Of a stretch of DNA of 41,474 bases, positions 17,381 to 26,218 are shown piece after piece; position 1 is the stretch's first letter, and each line of letters starts with the position of its first letter. This DNA is from Tepidiformales bacterium (lineage in GTDB: Bacteria; Chloroflexota; Dehalococcoidia; Tepidiformales; Tepidiformaceae), in NCBI GenBank assembly GCA_038256595.1, contig JBBSKE010000001.1, positions 1-41,474 of the forward strand, read 5' to 3'. The notes under the pieces were generated by a model. That model worked only from the letters and a program-made list of their open reading frames with translations, was not told the DNA's origin and ran no database searches. Both the position numbers and the translations under genes were made by a program.

Positions 17381-18709
17381 CTACGGCACGCTCGGGTCGT
17401 ACTTGGTCGCGATGTGGCCCTTCGCTCGCAGCGCCTCGATCTCGTCGTCACTCATGCCCAGGACCTCGCGGTACACGTAGTCGTTGTGCTCGCCGAACAT
17501 GATCGGCGGCTGGTAGAACTCGACGGGCGTCTCGCTGAACTTCCACATCGGCCCGACGTAGCGGTAGGGCCCCCGCGACGCTTCCTGGTCCTGCACCTTG
17601 AAGAAGTCGCGGGCGAGAAGGTGCGGGTCGTCGAACATGCGCGACGCTTCGAGCACCGGTGTCGCCGAGACGCCAACCGCCTGCAGCCGCGTCATGAGGT
17701 CGTAGTCGTCGTGTTCGATGGTCCAGGCGCCGATGAGCGCGTCGAGCGCCTTGTGGTTCTCGTAGCGCAAGGCGTTTGTGGCGAACCGCTCGTCCGCTGC
17801 CCAGCCCGGGTTGCCCATCTCCGCCACGAGCGCCTGCCACTGCTCTTCGGTCTCGCAGGCGATGGCGATCCAGTGGTCGTCGCTGGTTGCGGCCGTCCCG
17901 GGCGATTTCGCCGGGTAGACTCCGAACGGCGCATTGCCGTGGATGTCCCGGTTGCCGATGGCCGAGCCGACGCGCCGGTTGAGGCTGTAATCCATGATCG
18001 ACTGGGTGAACATCGCCGCCGCATTCTCGGCTTGGCCGATTTCGATGAGCTGGCCCTCGCCGGTCTTGTCGCGGTGCATTACGGCCGCCATGATCGCGAA
18101 CGCCCCCTGGGCCCCCGCGACATAATCGCCGGAGTAGATAGCCGTGTTCGAGGACGGGTCGGCATCGTCGTAGCCACGCAGGAGGGTATGGCCCATGACG
18201 GCCTCGAGGTGAACGCCGAGGGCGCGCGCGGTCTTGTACGGGCCGGTGCTCCCATAGGCGGGGACGCGCATCATGATGATCTTCGGGTTCGCCGCCTTCA
18301 GCCACTCCCAGGTGATGCCAAGCTTCTCGAGAGTGCCCGTCGCGTTGTTCTCGTAGACCACGTCTGAAACGGCGACGAGTTTGCGAAAAACCTCCATTCC
18401 CTCCGGCTCGAGGATGTTCACGGTGAAGCTTTTCTTGTTGCGATAGAGGCTCACGAAGGTCGGCGAGTAGTCCCAGGGGCGGTCGCCGAGTTCGTTGCGG
18501 GGCATCCCGCCGGACCAGGCGAGCGCGTTCTTCATGATGAACTCGGGTGGCCGAGCCATCGCGCCGCGGGTCATCGGTTGGAACACCATCGGGTTCTCAA
18601 CCTTGATGACCTCCGCGCCGAGGTCGCCGAGCATCATCGTGCCGAACGGCCCCGCCCAGACGACGCAGAGGTCGATCACTCGCAGCCCTTCCAGTGGTTT
18701 CGGTGCCAT
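17381..18709 (-). CDS. family III CoA-transferase (CaiB/BaiF family)
   Basis: ORF 17381..19105(-), trimmed to ATG 18709. The protein begins MAPKPLEGLRVIDLCVVWAGPFGTMMLGDLGAEVIKVENP. The start overlaps the stop of the upstream paralog by 1 nt (TGATG). Confidence 0.85.
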   Translation of the reverse strand: MAPKPLEGLRVIDLCVVWAGPFGTMMLGDLGAEVIKVENPMVFQPMTRGAMARPPEFIMKNALAWSGGMPRNELGDRPWDYSPTFVSLYRNKKSFTVNILEPEGMEVFRKLVAVSDVVYENNATGTLEKLGITWEWLKAANPKIIMMRVPAYGSTGPYKTARALGVHLEAVMGHTLLRGYDDADPSSNTAIYSGDYVAGAQGAFAIMAAVMHRDKTGEGQLIEIGQAENAAAMFTQSIMDYSLNRRVGSAIGNRDIHGNAPFGVYPAKSPGTAATSDDHWIAIACETEEQWQALVAEMGNPGWAADERFATNALRYENHKALDALIGAWTIEHDDYDLMTRLQAVGVSATPVLEASRMFDDPHLLARDFFKVQDQEASRGPYRYVGPMWKFSETPVEFYQPPIMFGEHNDYVYREVLGMSDDEIEALRAKGHIATKYDPSVP

Positions 18710-19911
18710 CAGTTCGCCCCCTGGTTCGTGATTGCTGCGATTGCGGCGGCGTCGATGCCCGCTCCCTGCAGCACTTCGGCCGTGTGCTGGCCCAGCAGCG
18801 GCGCCGGCATCCGCAGCTCCCAGCCGCCTTTTTCCATGATGAACGGCCGCCCCGGGATGGTTACTTCGCCCATCACCGGGTGCTCGATCATCGACCAGAA
18901 GCCGCGGCCGCGGAAGTGCTCGTCTTCGAACATATCTTCCATCGTGAAGAGCGGGCCGCACATAACGTTCGCGCGGCGCGCCTCGTCCCAGATCTCGCGT
19001 TTGGTCCGCTCGAGACACCAGGGGATGAAGAAGCTGTTCCACTCCTCGACCACGTCCGGCTGCAGGCGAGCGGCGGGGTCGTCGAAGCGCGGGTCTTTGA
19101 GCCAATCGGCATAGTTCAGCATGTCCGCGATGCGATCCTTGTGGAGCGCCGCGTTCGTGAAATCGACGTAGCCGTCGGCGCAGGGATAGATGCCCTGGGG
19201 CATGCCGCCGCCATGGCTGGCGATGCGCAACGTCTTTCGGCCACTGAACGAAAAGCCGATGGCGGTCGCATGCCGCCGGTCGACGCCGCCAAAGTGGGTC
19301 TCGGCGAGCGCAATATCGACGTGCTGTCCGATTCCATGGCGGTGCGACGAGAAAATCGCGCCCATGATCGCCACCAGCGCCGACGCACCGGATTCGAAGA
19401 GCGCGGCAGTCCCGGCCATCTTCACCGGCTCGCGGTCCGTCTCGCCCATCGAGTACATCTCACCGGCGAAGGCGTAGAGCGTGAGGTCGGTCAGTTTGTA
19501 ATCGCGGTAAGGCCCGTCCTGGCCGAAGTTCGAGATCGAAACGAGCGAGAGGCTCGGCTTGAGCGCGCGAATCGTCTCCCAGCCGAGGCCGAAGGACTCC
19601 ATCGTCCCCGGCGCGTAGCTTTCGACCACGAGGTCCGCCGTTTTCGCGAGTTCGAGAAAGGCTGCCTTGCCCGCCGGTGTCGAAAGGTCGAGCACGACCG
19701 AACGCTTGTTGCAGTTCAGGTAGAAGAAGGTGCCGCTCTTTTCGGGGTGGACGTCATCGTCCTGGAACGGCGGCAGCCTGCGGGTGAGGTCGCCTCCGGG
19801 CGGTTCGATCTTGATGACGTTCGCGCCATAGTCGGCCAGCAGGCGCGTGGCGTAAGGCCCCGCTATGTGCTGGGTGAGGTCCAGGACTGTGACACCATCA
19901 AGCGCCTGCAT
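18709..19911 (-). CDS. family III CoA-transferase (CaiB/BaiF family)
   Basis: ORF 18709..19920(-). The N-terminus reads MQALDGVTVLDLTQHIAGPYATRLLADYGANVIKIEPPGGD. The start is at ATG 19911; the track uses TTG 19920. Confidence 0.85.
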   Translation of the reverse strand: MQALDGVTVLDLTQHIAGPYATRLLADYGANVIKIEPPGGDLTRRLPPFQDDDVHPEKSGTFFYLNCNKRSVVLDLSTPAGKAAFLELAKTADLVVESYAPGTMESFGLGWETIRALKPSLSLVSISNFGQDGPYRDYKLTDLTLYAFAGEMYSMGETDREPVKMAGTAALFESGASALVAIMGAIFSSHRHGIGQHVDIALAETHFGGVDRRHATAIGFSFSGRKTLRIASHGGGMPQGIYPCADGYVDFTNAALHKDRIADMLNYADWLKDPRFDDPAARLQPDVVEEWNSFFIPWCLERTKREIWDEARRANVMCGPLFTMEDMFEDEHFRGRGFWSMIEHPVMGEVTIPGRPFIMEKGGWELRMPAPLLGQHTAEVLQGAGIDAAAIAAITNQGAN

Positions 19912-19981
19912 CGGCACCAACCCCTCTTCGTTTGTCTACGTCTTGCGCTCGTCTTGCTCGCGCTGTCGATGCGCTCGTCGG

Positions 19982-20038
19982 GCTCGCCATTTCGGACGCT
20001 CGTCCTGCTCGCCATTTCGGACGCTCGTCCTGCTCGCC
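19982..20038. repeat. 25-bp tandem direct repeat, 2.3 copies
   Basis: GCTCGCCATTTCGGACGCTCGTCCT occurs at 19982-20006 and again identically at 20007-20031, followed by a partial GCTCGCC. It lies in the 162-bp gap between the DUF3237 stop and the CoA-transferase start (both on the minus strand). Each unit contains GGACG-CT-CGTCC. Confidence 0.95.
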
Positions 20039-20073
20039 TCGTCGGGTCCGCTCGCCGGTTCGTGGTTCGAACG

Positions 20074-20496
20074 CTATTTCAGAGCGTAGACGACGTAGGT
20101 GACTTCGCCCTTGCCGGGAGTCCCGTGAGCGATGGCCTGGATGTTGTTGAGCCAGAGGTACTTCTCCGCCCCGGTTTCGAAGAGTGGCGCCGTTCGCAGC
20201 GAAAGGCCGTCCTCGCCGCGCACGCCGATGCCTGAGTAGGTCATGAGGATGTGCGCGCCGTCGTCGGTCTGGAGGGTGATGCGCACGTCGAGCTTCACAG
20301 AGCCGTCGGCCCGCGCCGTCACCCAGTCGCCGCCACCGGCGAGCACGGTGCCCTTCAGGTTCGGCCCTTCGAAGGTGCCACCGGAGACGTTCACCATCAC
20401 GCGCGTTCCGCTTGGCGCGCCCGCGATGACCGCCTGCTGCGCCGTATTCGCCGTGACCGTGAAGATGTGTTCTACCGCTACCGTCTCGTCGGCCAT
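20074..20496 (-). CDS. DUF3237-family protein
   Basis: This is the C-terminal 140 codons of ORF 20074..20940(-), from MADETVAVEH... The segments GGGDWVTARADGSVKLDVRITLQTDDGAHILMTYSG and ..YLWLNN.. match my recollection of DUF3237. The upstream part of the track ORF is Arg/Ser-rich junk overlapping the divergent gene. Confidence 0.65.
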   Translation of the reverse strand: MADETVAVEHIFTVTANTAQQAVIAGAPSGTRVMVNVSGGTFEGPNLKGTVLAGGGDWVTARADGSVKLDVRITLQTDDGAHILMTYSGIGVRGEDGLSLRTAPLFETGAEKYLWLNNIQAIAHGTPGKGEVTYVVYALK

Positions 20497-20653
20497 GGAC
20501 AAAAACCCCCGGGGAGAGTTCAGGGACTCTACCAGAGGCCATCGGATGGGGGAATCCGTGCCATCAACGAAGCGCCAATCCGACATAACAGGATGAGAGT
20601 AGCGCTCCGGGCTGCTATTCTTGCCAATGCCGTGTTCTTGCGGCCGAGTAGAC

Positions 20654-21526
20654 ATGATCCGAGACCATTCGGAGATTCGAGACGACGAACGCGACCTTCT
20701 GCCGAAGGAGGCCGTCCGGAAGGACACGCCCCCACCAGGAGCGCCTTCAGTGCCGTCGTCGCCGGCGAAGCCGCGCGCCACTGCCGGTGACGTCTTTGCT
20801 CGCGGCGAAAAGCTGACTCCGGCCGACCGCATCGCGCGCGCCCGGGCGGCCTGGATGGAGCGGCGCCAGGCTGGCGAACTGAACATCCCGGACTGGCCGC
20901 GCCGCCGCTCCGTGCAGTGGCTCCGGCACTTCGCGCTCACCCTCGTGGTCCTCCCGGCGTTGCGCGTGCCCTACAAGCTCGATGTTCGCGGCGAAGAGAA
21001 TTTCCGGCTCATCCAGGAGCCTTGCGTCATCGTGAGCAACCACAACATGCACCTCGACAATGGCATGCTCTTGCGCGCGATGCCGAACGGTTTCCGGCGG
21101 CGAACGGCGGTAGTCGCGGCCGCGAGTGACATCTTCGGCAACCCGATTCGCGGCTTCTTCGCCGGCCTCCTTGGCAACGCGTTTCCGTTCGCGAACGAAG
21201 GCGCGGGCCTGCGGGAAGGGCTCGAGAACATCATCGGGATGCTCGACCAGAAGTGGAACATCCTCATCTTCCCCGAGGGCGAACTCACGGTGGTCGGGCC
21301 GATGAAGCGGTTCAAGGCGGGCCCAGCGCGCATCGCCATGGACACCGGCGTGCAGGTGCTGCCGATTCGCATCGATGTCCTGCGCCGCGGGTTCTACGAA
21401 GGCAAGTGGTTCCCTCACCCGCGCGCCAGTGTCCGCGTGAACGTCGGCCAGCCGTTCCACATCCCGCCCGGCACGCGGTCCCTCGATGCGACCGAGATGC
21501 TCGAAGCGGCAGTCCTCCAGGCCTGA
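20654..21526 (+). CDS. lysophospholipid (1-acyl-sn-glycerol-3-phosphate) acyltransferase family protein
   Basis: ORF 20621..21526(+). The HX4D motif is VSNHNMHLDNG and the FPEG motif is IFPEGELT. The N-terminal ~100 aa are Pro/Arg-rich, so the start is uncertain (ATG 20654, or the internal ATG 20855). Confidence 0.75.
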   Translation: MIRDHSEIRDDERDLLPKEAVRKDTPPPGAPSVPSSPAKPRATAGDVFARGEKLTPADRIARARAAWMERRQAGELNIPDWPRRRSVQWLRHFALTLVVLPALRVPYKLDVRGEENFRLIQEPCVIVSNHNMHLDNGMLLRAMPNGFRRRTAVVAAASDIFGNPIRGFFAGLLGNAFPFANEGAGLREGLENIIGMLDQKWNILIFPEGELTVVGPMKRFKAGPARIAMDTGVQVLPIRIDVLRRGFYEGKWFPHPRASVRVNVGQPFHIPPGTRSLDATEMLEAAVLQA

Positions 21527-21852
21527 TGGGGCTGCGTTTCACGGACATCCTCACGAATGCCTCCGCCATCGCGGACTTCGTTGGCGAACAGAATGTCACC
21601 GCCCGGCACATGCTCGATGCCGTCGCCGTGCTCCAGGACGAGAAAACCATGGACGACTTCGGCAAGCCGGTATCGCCGATGCTCCGGCGTCTGCGCGGCC
21701 CCGGAGGCGCTGATCCCCGCGTGCGCGAACTCGCCCAGCGCTGGTTCGCGCTCCTCGGGAGCGACCTCGCCGCCGAGCTTTCGGGCGAGCAACTCGCCAG
21801 CCTCCTCGCAGAGTTGCATGAGATGACGGCCGCCAGCGAGTCGCCGCCGTAG
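21526..21852 (+). CDS. hypothetical protein (108 aa, helical; faintly Clp-N-repeat-like)
   Basis: This is the tail of ORF 21253..21852(+), from MGLRFTDILTNAS... The ATG overlaps the acyltransferase stop (TGATG). The amino-acid composition is balanced. There is no motif I can name with confidence. Confidence 0.45.
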   Translation: MGLRFTDILTNASAIADFVGEQNVTARHMLDAVAVLQDEKTMDDFGKPVSPMLRRLRGPGGADPRVRELAQRWFALLGSDLAAELSGEQLASLLAELHEMTAASESPP

Positions 21853-21865
21853 AGCCGTTCCAACC

Positions 21866-23155
21866 TCAGGCTGCGCAGAGCCGCCGCACCACTTCGTACA
21901 GCACCTGGATGCCGAGGCGCAGGTTTTCGATGCTGATGCGCTCGTTGTGGCCGTGCACGCCCGCCAGTTCTTCGGGCCGCACGAGGCAGGGGACGAAACC
22001 GTAGGCCTGGATGCCCTCCCGCCGGTAGATGCGCGAATCCGTGAAGCCGGTGGTCATCTCCGGCACCAGGTGGGCGCCCTCGGCATATTCGCCAATCACG
22101 TCGCGGACGATGCTCACGAACTCGCCCTCAAGCTCTGAGGTGCTGCCGGTGTATTCGTTGAGAATTGTGATTTGGACGCGTTCGTCCTTGATGACCTTGC
22201 GCAATTCAGCCAGAAACTCGGCTGGCACGACATCCGGCAGGAGTCGGCAATCGAGCGTGGCCGAAGCCTCCGCCGGGATGACGTTCGCTTTGATCCCGGA
22301 GGTCAGCGTGGTCAGCGAGATGGTATTGGTCAGCCTCGCGCGAACAGCGGCATGGCGCGAGGCTGAGGCGAGGATGGCCTGGTCGCTGGTCGCCCCGGGA
22401 GCTCCCGCGTGAGCCATTTCGAGCGCCTGGGCCCGCAGAATCGGCGTCACGCGCAGCGGTTGCTCCCAGTTTCGCACCCGTTCGAGCGCGGCGATGAGGT
22501 GCTCGGCACAGTTGTCGCCGTGGGGCACCGAACCGTGGCCGGGCCGCCCGCGAACCGTCAGCCGCAGCCAGTAGGGCACCTTTTCGGTCGGCGCGAACTG
22601 GAAGATCGGCGTGCCATTGCCGCCGGCGCCGCTCAGGCCGTAGGAACCCTCGTTGATGACGAGGTCGGTCTCCATCCAGGCGCGCCGATGCTCCTGCACC
22701 CACTTCATCCCGAATTCGCTGCCGGCTTCTTCGTCCGCGACCGCGAGGAACGAGAGTCCTCGGCGCAGCTTCATCCCGGTGCGCTGGACGAGCAGGAAGG
22801 TGAGCAGCTCGATGACGCCCATGCCCTTCATGTCGAGGGCGCCGCGCCCCCAGACCATCCCATCGCGGACAAGGCCGCCGAACGGCTCGACATCCCAGAA
22901 CTGGCGCTCGACGGGCACGACGTCGGTGTGGTTCAGGAGCGTCACTCCGCCCGCCGGGCCGAGTCGTGCGTAAAGGTTCGAACGGCCGGGCGTCGAATCC
23001 GCGCGCTCGCTGGCGATTCCGTTCGCGGAGAGCACGCGTTCGATGAAATCAACCGCGACCGATTCGTTGCCGGGCGGGTTCGAGGTGTCGATCTGCAGGT
23101 ATTCGACGAGCAGTTCGGTCGCTTCCGCGGTTGTCTCATCCCAATCAATTGGCAC
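21866..23155 (-). CDS. M20/M25/M40-family metallohydrolase (ArgE/DapE/ACY1/CPG2-like)
   Basis: 429 aa. Motifs are LLNHTDVVP, GRGALDMKG and ADEEAGS, with a C-terminal HGHNERIS. Confidence 0.85.
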   Translation of the reverse strand: MPIDWDETTAEATELLVEYLQIDTSNPPGNESVAVDFIERVLSANGIASERADSTPGRSNLYARLGPAGGVTLLNHTDVVPVERQFWDVEPFGGLVRDGMVWGRGALDMKGMGVIELLTFLLVQRTGMKLRRGLSFLAVADEEAGSEFGMKWVQEHRRAWMETDLVINEGSYGLSGAGGNGTPIFQFAPTEKVPYWLRLTVRGRPGHGSVPHGDNCAEHLIAALERVRNWEQPLRVTPILRAQALEMAHAGAPGATSDQAILASASRHAAVRARLTNTISLTTLTSGIKANVIPAEASATLDCRLLPDVVPAEFLAELRKVIKDERVQITILNEYTGSTSELEGEFVSIVRDVIGEYAEGAHLVPEMTTGFTDSRIYRREGIQAYGFVPCLVRPEELAGVHGHNERISIENLRLGIQVLYEVVRRLCAA

Positions 23156-23231
23156 GCAATTCCCACCCTGGCGAGCGTCTTGCCCGCGCCGGCCTGAGTG
23201 TAATGGAGCGCGAACATAGTGGAACCCTACC

Positions 23232-23942
23232 TTGTTGCTAGGCTGGTCGGCCCGGACACTCAGCCTCGTGCCTGATTACGCCTGGATACTCGCTGCCGTC
23301 GCCGGGTTCGCCATCGGATTCATCGCCGGCGGGCTCCAACACCTGCTCTATCGCGAACCCGAGTTCCGCGATGGCCGCGCCCGCGGTGGAATCTTGCTCT
23401 TCATCCGGATTGCGCTTGGGCTGGGGCTCGGGTTGGCGCTGGGTCTCGCCTGGCGGCCGGACCACTACGAGGCCGGACCTGCCCTGGCGACGTCGCTCTT
23501 CCTCGTCGCCCTCATCGTCATGGCCTCGACCGATTTCGAACGGCGGCGACTGCCGAACAAGCTGATGTACCCGGCGATGATCGCGGCCGTCCTGCTCTGC
23601 TGGGCCTGGCCGGAACGTTCGGTCATGGATATCGCCCTTGGCGCTGGGATCGCTGCCGGGCTCGCTGTGCTTCTGTTTATCTTTGGGCTGCTGGTCGGCG
23701 GCGCGCTCGGCGTCAAAGCCACACCGTTCGGGCTCGGCGATGTGAAACTCATTGTCCTGATGGGGTTGCTCTGCGGTTGGCCGGCATTTCTCTCGGCGCT
23801 CCTGCTCGGGGCGCTCTCTGCGGGCCTGCCCTCGCTGGCGATGCTGGTCAGCGGCCGCCGCAAGAGCACGATTAGCTACGGGCCATATCTGATCGTCGGT
23901 TGCTTCGTGGTCATGCTCTGGCCCGGCCAATTCGTCCCCTGA
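23232..23942 (+). CDS. A24-family prepilin peptidase (CpaA/TadV-type, no methyltransferase domain)
   Basis: 236 aa and polytopic. The first catalytic Asp context is MASTDFERRRLPN and the second is FGLGDVKL. The track start is TTG, and the exact start is uncertain. Confidence 0.8.
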   Translation: MLLGWSARTLSLVPDYAWILAAVAGFAIGFIAGGLQHLLYREPEFRDGRARGGILLFIRIALGLGLGLALGLAWRPDHYEAGPALATSLFLVALIVMASTDFERRRLPNKLMYPAMIAAVLLCWAWPERSVMDIALGAGIAAGLAVLLFIFGLLVGGALGVKATPFGLGDVKLIVLMGLLCGWPAFLSALLLGALSAGLPSLAMLVSGRRKSTISYGPYLIVGCFVVMLWPGQFVP

Positions 23943-23960
23943 GCGACTCAACGACTCCGC

Positions 23961-24311
23961 TCAGGCGGCGAAGGTGAGCTGATGCCCGGCTTCGACCCCG
24001 TCGGCGCCCCCGGTCGGGAGTTCGATGACGCCCTTCGCGCCCTTGCCCCCCAGGGCGATGCCCGTCCACGGGCGAACGTTGCGGGCGACCTTCGTGACCC
24101 GCCCGTCGCCGTCATAGAAAACGGCATCGATGGGGAAGCGCATGAACATCATGTGGATGGAGCTGCACGGCTCGATCCGCAGGCCCTCGCCATCCTGGAG
24201 GCGCGAAGCGAGCATCAGCCCGCGGAATCGCATCCACCAGGTGCGAGCGTCGCGGGCGTGTTCGGCGACCGCATTGCCCGAAGACGAGTCCAGGATTTGC
24301 ATCTCGGCCAT
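23961..24311 (-). CDS. DUF192-domain protein
   Basis: ORF 23961..24356(-). Motifs are WMRFRGLM, CSSIHMMFMRFPIDAVFYD and a C-terminal VIELPTG. The start is at ATG 24311, 1 nt after the tadC stop. Confidence 0.7.
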   Translation of the reverse strand: MAEMQILDSSSGNAVAEHARDARTWWMRFRGLMLASRLQDGEGLRIEPCSSIHMMFMRFPIDAVFYDGDGRVTKVARNVRPWTGIALGGKGAKGVIELPTGGADGVEAGHQLTFAA

Positions 24312-24312
24312 C

Positions 24313-25221
24313 CTAGAACCCGCTTTCCATGACCTGAACCACCGCCGGCCCACCAATCACGACCATGATCGCGGGAAAGATGAAGAACACGAGCGGGAAG
24401 ATCATCTTGATCGGGGCCTTAAATGCCTGCTGTTCTGCACGCTGGCGGCGCTTGGTGCGAATGACCCCGGTTTGCACGCGGATGACGTTACCGATGGAGA
24501 TGCCCATGGCCTCGGCCTGGATAATCGAATTGACCAGCGATCGAAGCTCTTCGACGCCGGTGCGGTCCGACATATCGAGGAATGCGTCGCGGCGGCTGCG
24601 GCCCACGGTGATTTCGCGCATCGTGCGGCTCAGTTCAACTGCGAACGGACCCTTCACCTTTTCGATGACGCGGGTGAATGCAGCATCGATGCCGAGGCCA
24701 GCTTCGACCGACGCAGTAATGAGGTCGAATGCGTCCGGAAGTGACTTCCAGATCTCCTTCTGCCGGCGCTTGATGCGCCCTTTGAGCCAGAAGCGCGGGC
24801 CAATGACTCCGAATGCAAGCGTTGCGCCGTACATCATGGCGGCCGTCTTAAAGGGCGACCCAAGCAGGACAAAGTAGAGCCCAACGACCACCGGGAGCGC
24901 GCCGACAAGAATGCCGATGATGACGATGAACTGGGGGGCGCGAATCTTCAGGCCAGCCTGGACAAGGGCCATCTCAAGCCGCTCAGTCACGGAGGTCGGG
25001 AGAATGCGATTCACCCGCGCCGAGAGCTGCTGCATGATCGGAGCGAGCACGCGAGCCTTGAACTCCGGATTCTGTTCGGGTGCAGCTTCTCGCTTCATGC
25101 GGGTATAGCGCAGGCCGCCCAGGCGAGAATCCATTGGAGCAGAGCCTTCGCTGCGAAGTGCGAGGCCATACACCGTGAGGAACACCGTTAGAAATGTTCC
25201 CATTGCAATGAGAATCGCCAT
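24313..25221 (-). CDS. tadC: type II secretion system F-family protein, Tad pilus platform protein TadC
   Basis: 302 aa. It has an N-terminal TM, a cytoplasmic helical T2SSF domain (LPDAFDLITASVEAGLGIDAA) and C-terminal TMs. Its position directly after tadB supports the call. Confidence 0.8.
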   Translation of the reverse strand: MAILIAMGTFLTVFLTVYGLALRSEGSAPMDSRLGGLRYTRMKREAAPEQNPEFKARVLAPIMQQLSARVNRILPTSVTERLEMALVQAGLKIRAPQFIVIIGILVGALPVVVGLYFVLLGSPFKTAAMMYGATLAFGVIGPRFWLKGRIKRRQKEIWKSLPDAFDLITASVEAGLGIDAAFTRVIEKVKGPFAVELSRTMREITVGRSRRDAFLDMSDRTGVEELRSLVNSIIQAEAMGISIGNVIRVQTGVIRTKRRQRAEQQAFKAPIKMIFPLVFFIFPAIMVVIGGPAVVQVMESGF

Positions 25222-25222
25222 G

Positions 25223-26218
25223 TTAAACCTCGATATTCACAATCTTCTTGATGCAGAAGGCCCCAATGCCCTCCAGGATCAGCGCGGTGACGAGCATCAT
25301 TCGACCGATGGGTTCAGTGAAAAGCAGGCCGATAAACTCGGGGTTCACGACGGCGAAGAAGCCTGCCAGGCCAAAGGGAATGCCGCCGATCACGAACCCG
25401 GTGAGCCTCTGTTGCGAGGTGAGGGTTGCGATTTCGCCGCGAATGCGTTCCCGCTCGCGGAGGGTGAAAGCAACGTTGTCCAGGATCTCGGCGAGGTTAC
25501 CGCCGACCGAGCGCTGGATGAGAATTGCGGTGACGACGATATCGAAGTCGGGGCTGGCGACGCGGTTGTTCAGCGCGGTGAGGGCCTGCTCCACGCTCGA
25601 ACCCATCGAGATGTCGCGCATGGTGCGCCTAAGTTCGATGGAGAGCGGCGCGGGCACCTGTTCAGATGCCGCCTCGAGTGCCTGCTGCAGGCCGAAACCG
25701 GCACGCAGGCCGCTCGCCAGCATCTGCAGCATCTCGATCATCTGGCCCTCCATCTTCTTCAGGCGGCCATTGATGCGGCGGCTCACATAGAAGGACGGGA
25801 GCAGGAAACCGATCGGGAACAACCCAAGCGCGAGGAGCGGGATGTTGAGCAGGATCATCGTGATGGCGGTCACCAGCGCGCCAATGACGCAGCGCAGGAT
25901 GAGGTATTCCCGCGGGGTCAGGGTCAATCCGGCGCTCTCCAGCTGCTTCGCCCAGTTTGCCGACACCTTCCCCGAGACCAGGGTGACGCCGCCGAGGCTC
26001 ACCGCACTCGGGCGGCGAATCTTGAAGGCGGAGTTGCTCTTGCTGGTAGCACTGGTCGCCTGGCTGGCGATGATGCCAGCGTCGCCTTCGCCGTTGCGGA
26101 TGCGCCCGAGCCGGGCCACCGCTTCGGCGCCGCTCTGGCCGCCAAAGCCGAGCACCCAGAGGAGCCCGGTTGCAGTGGCCGCGCCGAAGGTGAGTGCTGC
26201 GAGTATTGCGATAATCAT
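25223..26218 (-). CDS. tadB: type II secretion system F-family protein, Tad pilus platform protein TadB
   Basis: 331 aa. The T2SSF-like core is EMLQMLASGLRAGFGLQQALE, with terminal TM helices. The ATG overlaps the cpaF stop by 4 nt. Confidence 0.8.
   Translation of the reverse strand: MIIAILAALTFGAATATGLLWVLGFGGQSGAEAVARLGRIRNGEGDAGIIASQATSATSKSNSAFKIRRPSAVSLGGVTLVSGKVSANWAKQLESAGLTLTPREYLILRCVIGALVTAITMILLNIPLLALGLFPIGFLLPSFYVSRRINGRLKKMEGQMIEMLQMLASGLRAGFGLQQALEAASEQVPAPLSIELRRTMRDISMGSSVEQALTALNNRVASPDFDIVVTAILIQRSVGGNLAEILDNVAFTLRERERIRGEIATLTSQQRLTGFVIGGIPFGLAGFFAVVNPEFIGLLFTEPIGRMMLVTALILEGIGAFCIKKIVNIEV

Noticed and set aside
17324-20235. Plus-strand ORFs 17324..18367 (347 aa) and 18694..20235 (513 aa)
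   Set aside because: Both are antisense to the two minus-strand CoA-transferase genes. They have V/R/D/H/G-rich junk composition. The second also runs across the non-coding 25-bp repeat.
20497-20940. N-terminal 148 codons of the 288-aa track ORF (DUF3237 gene)
   Set aside because: This upstream part (..RRRGQSGMFSSPAWRRSIQAARARAMRSAG..) overlaps the divergent acyltransferase gene and the shared promoter region. The DUF3237-like sequence starts at the ATG at 20496.
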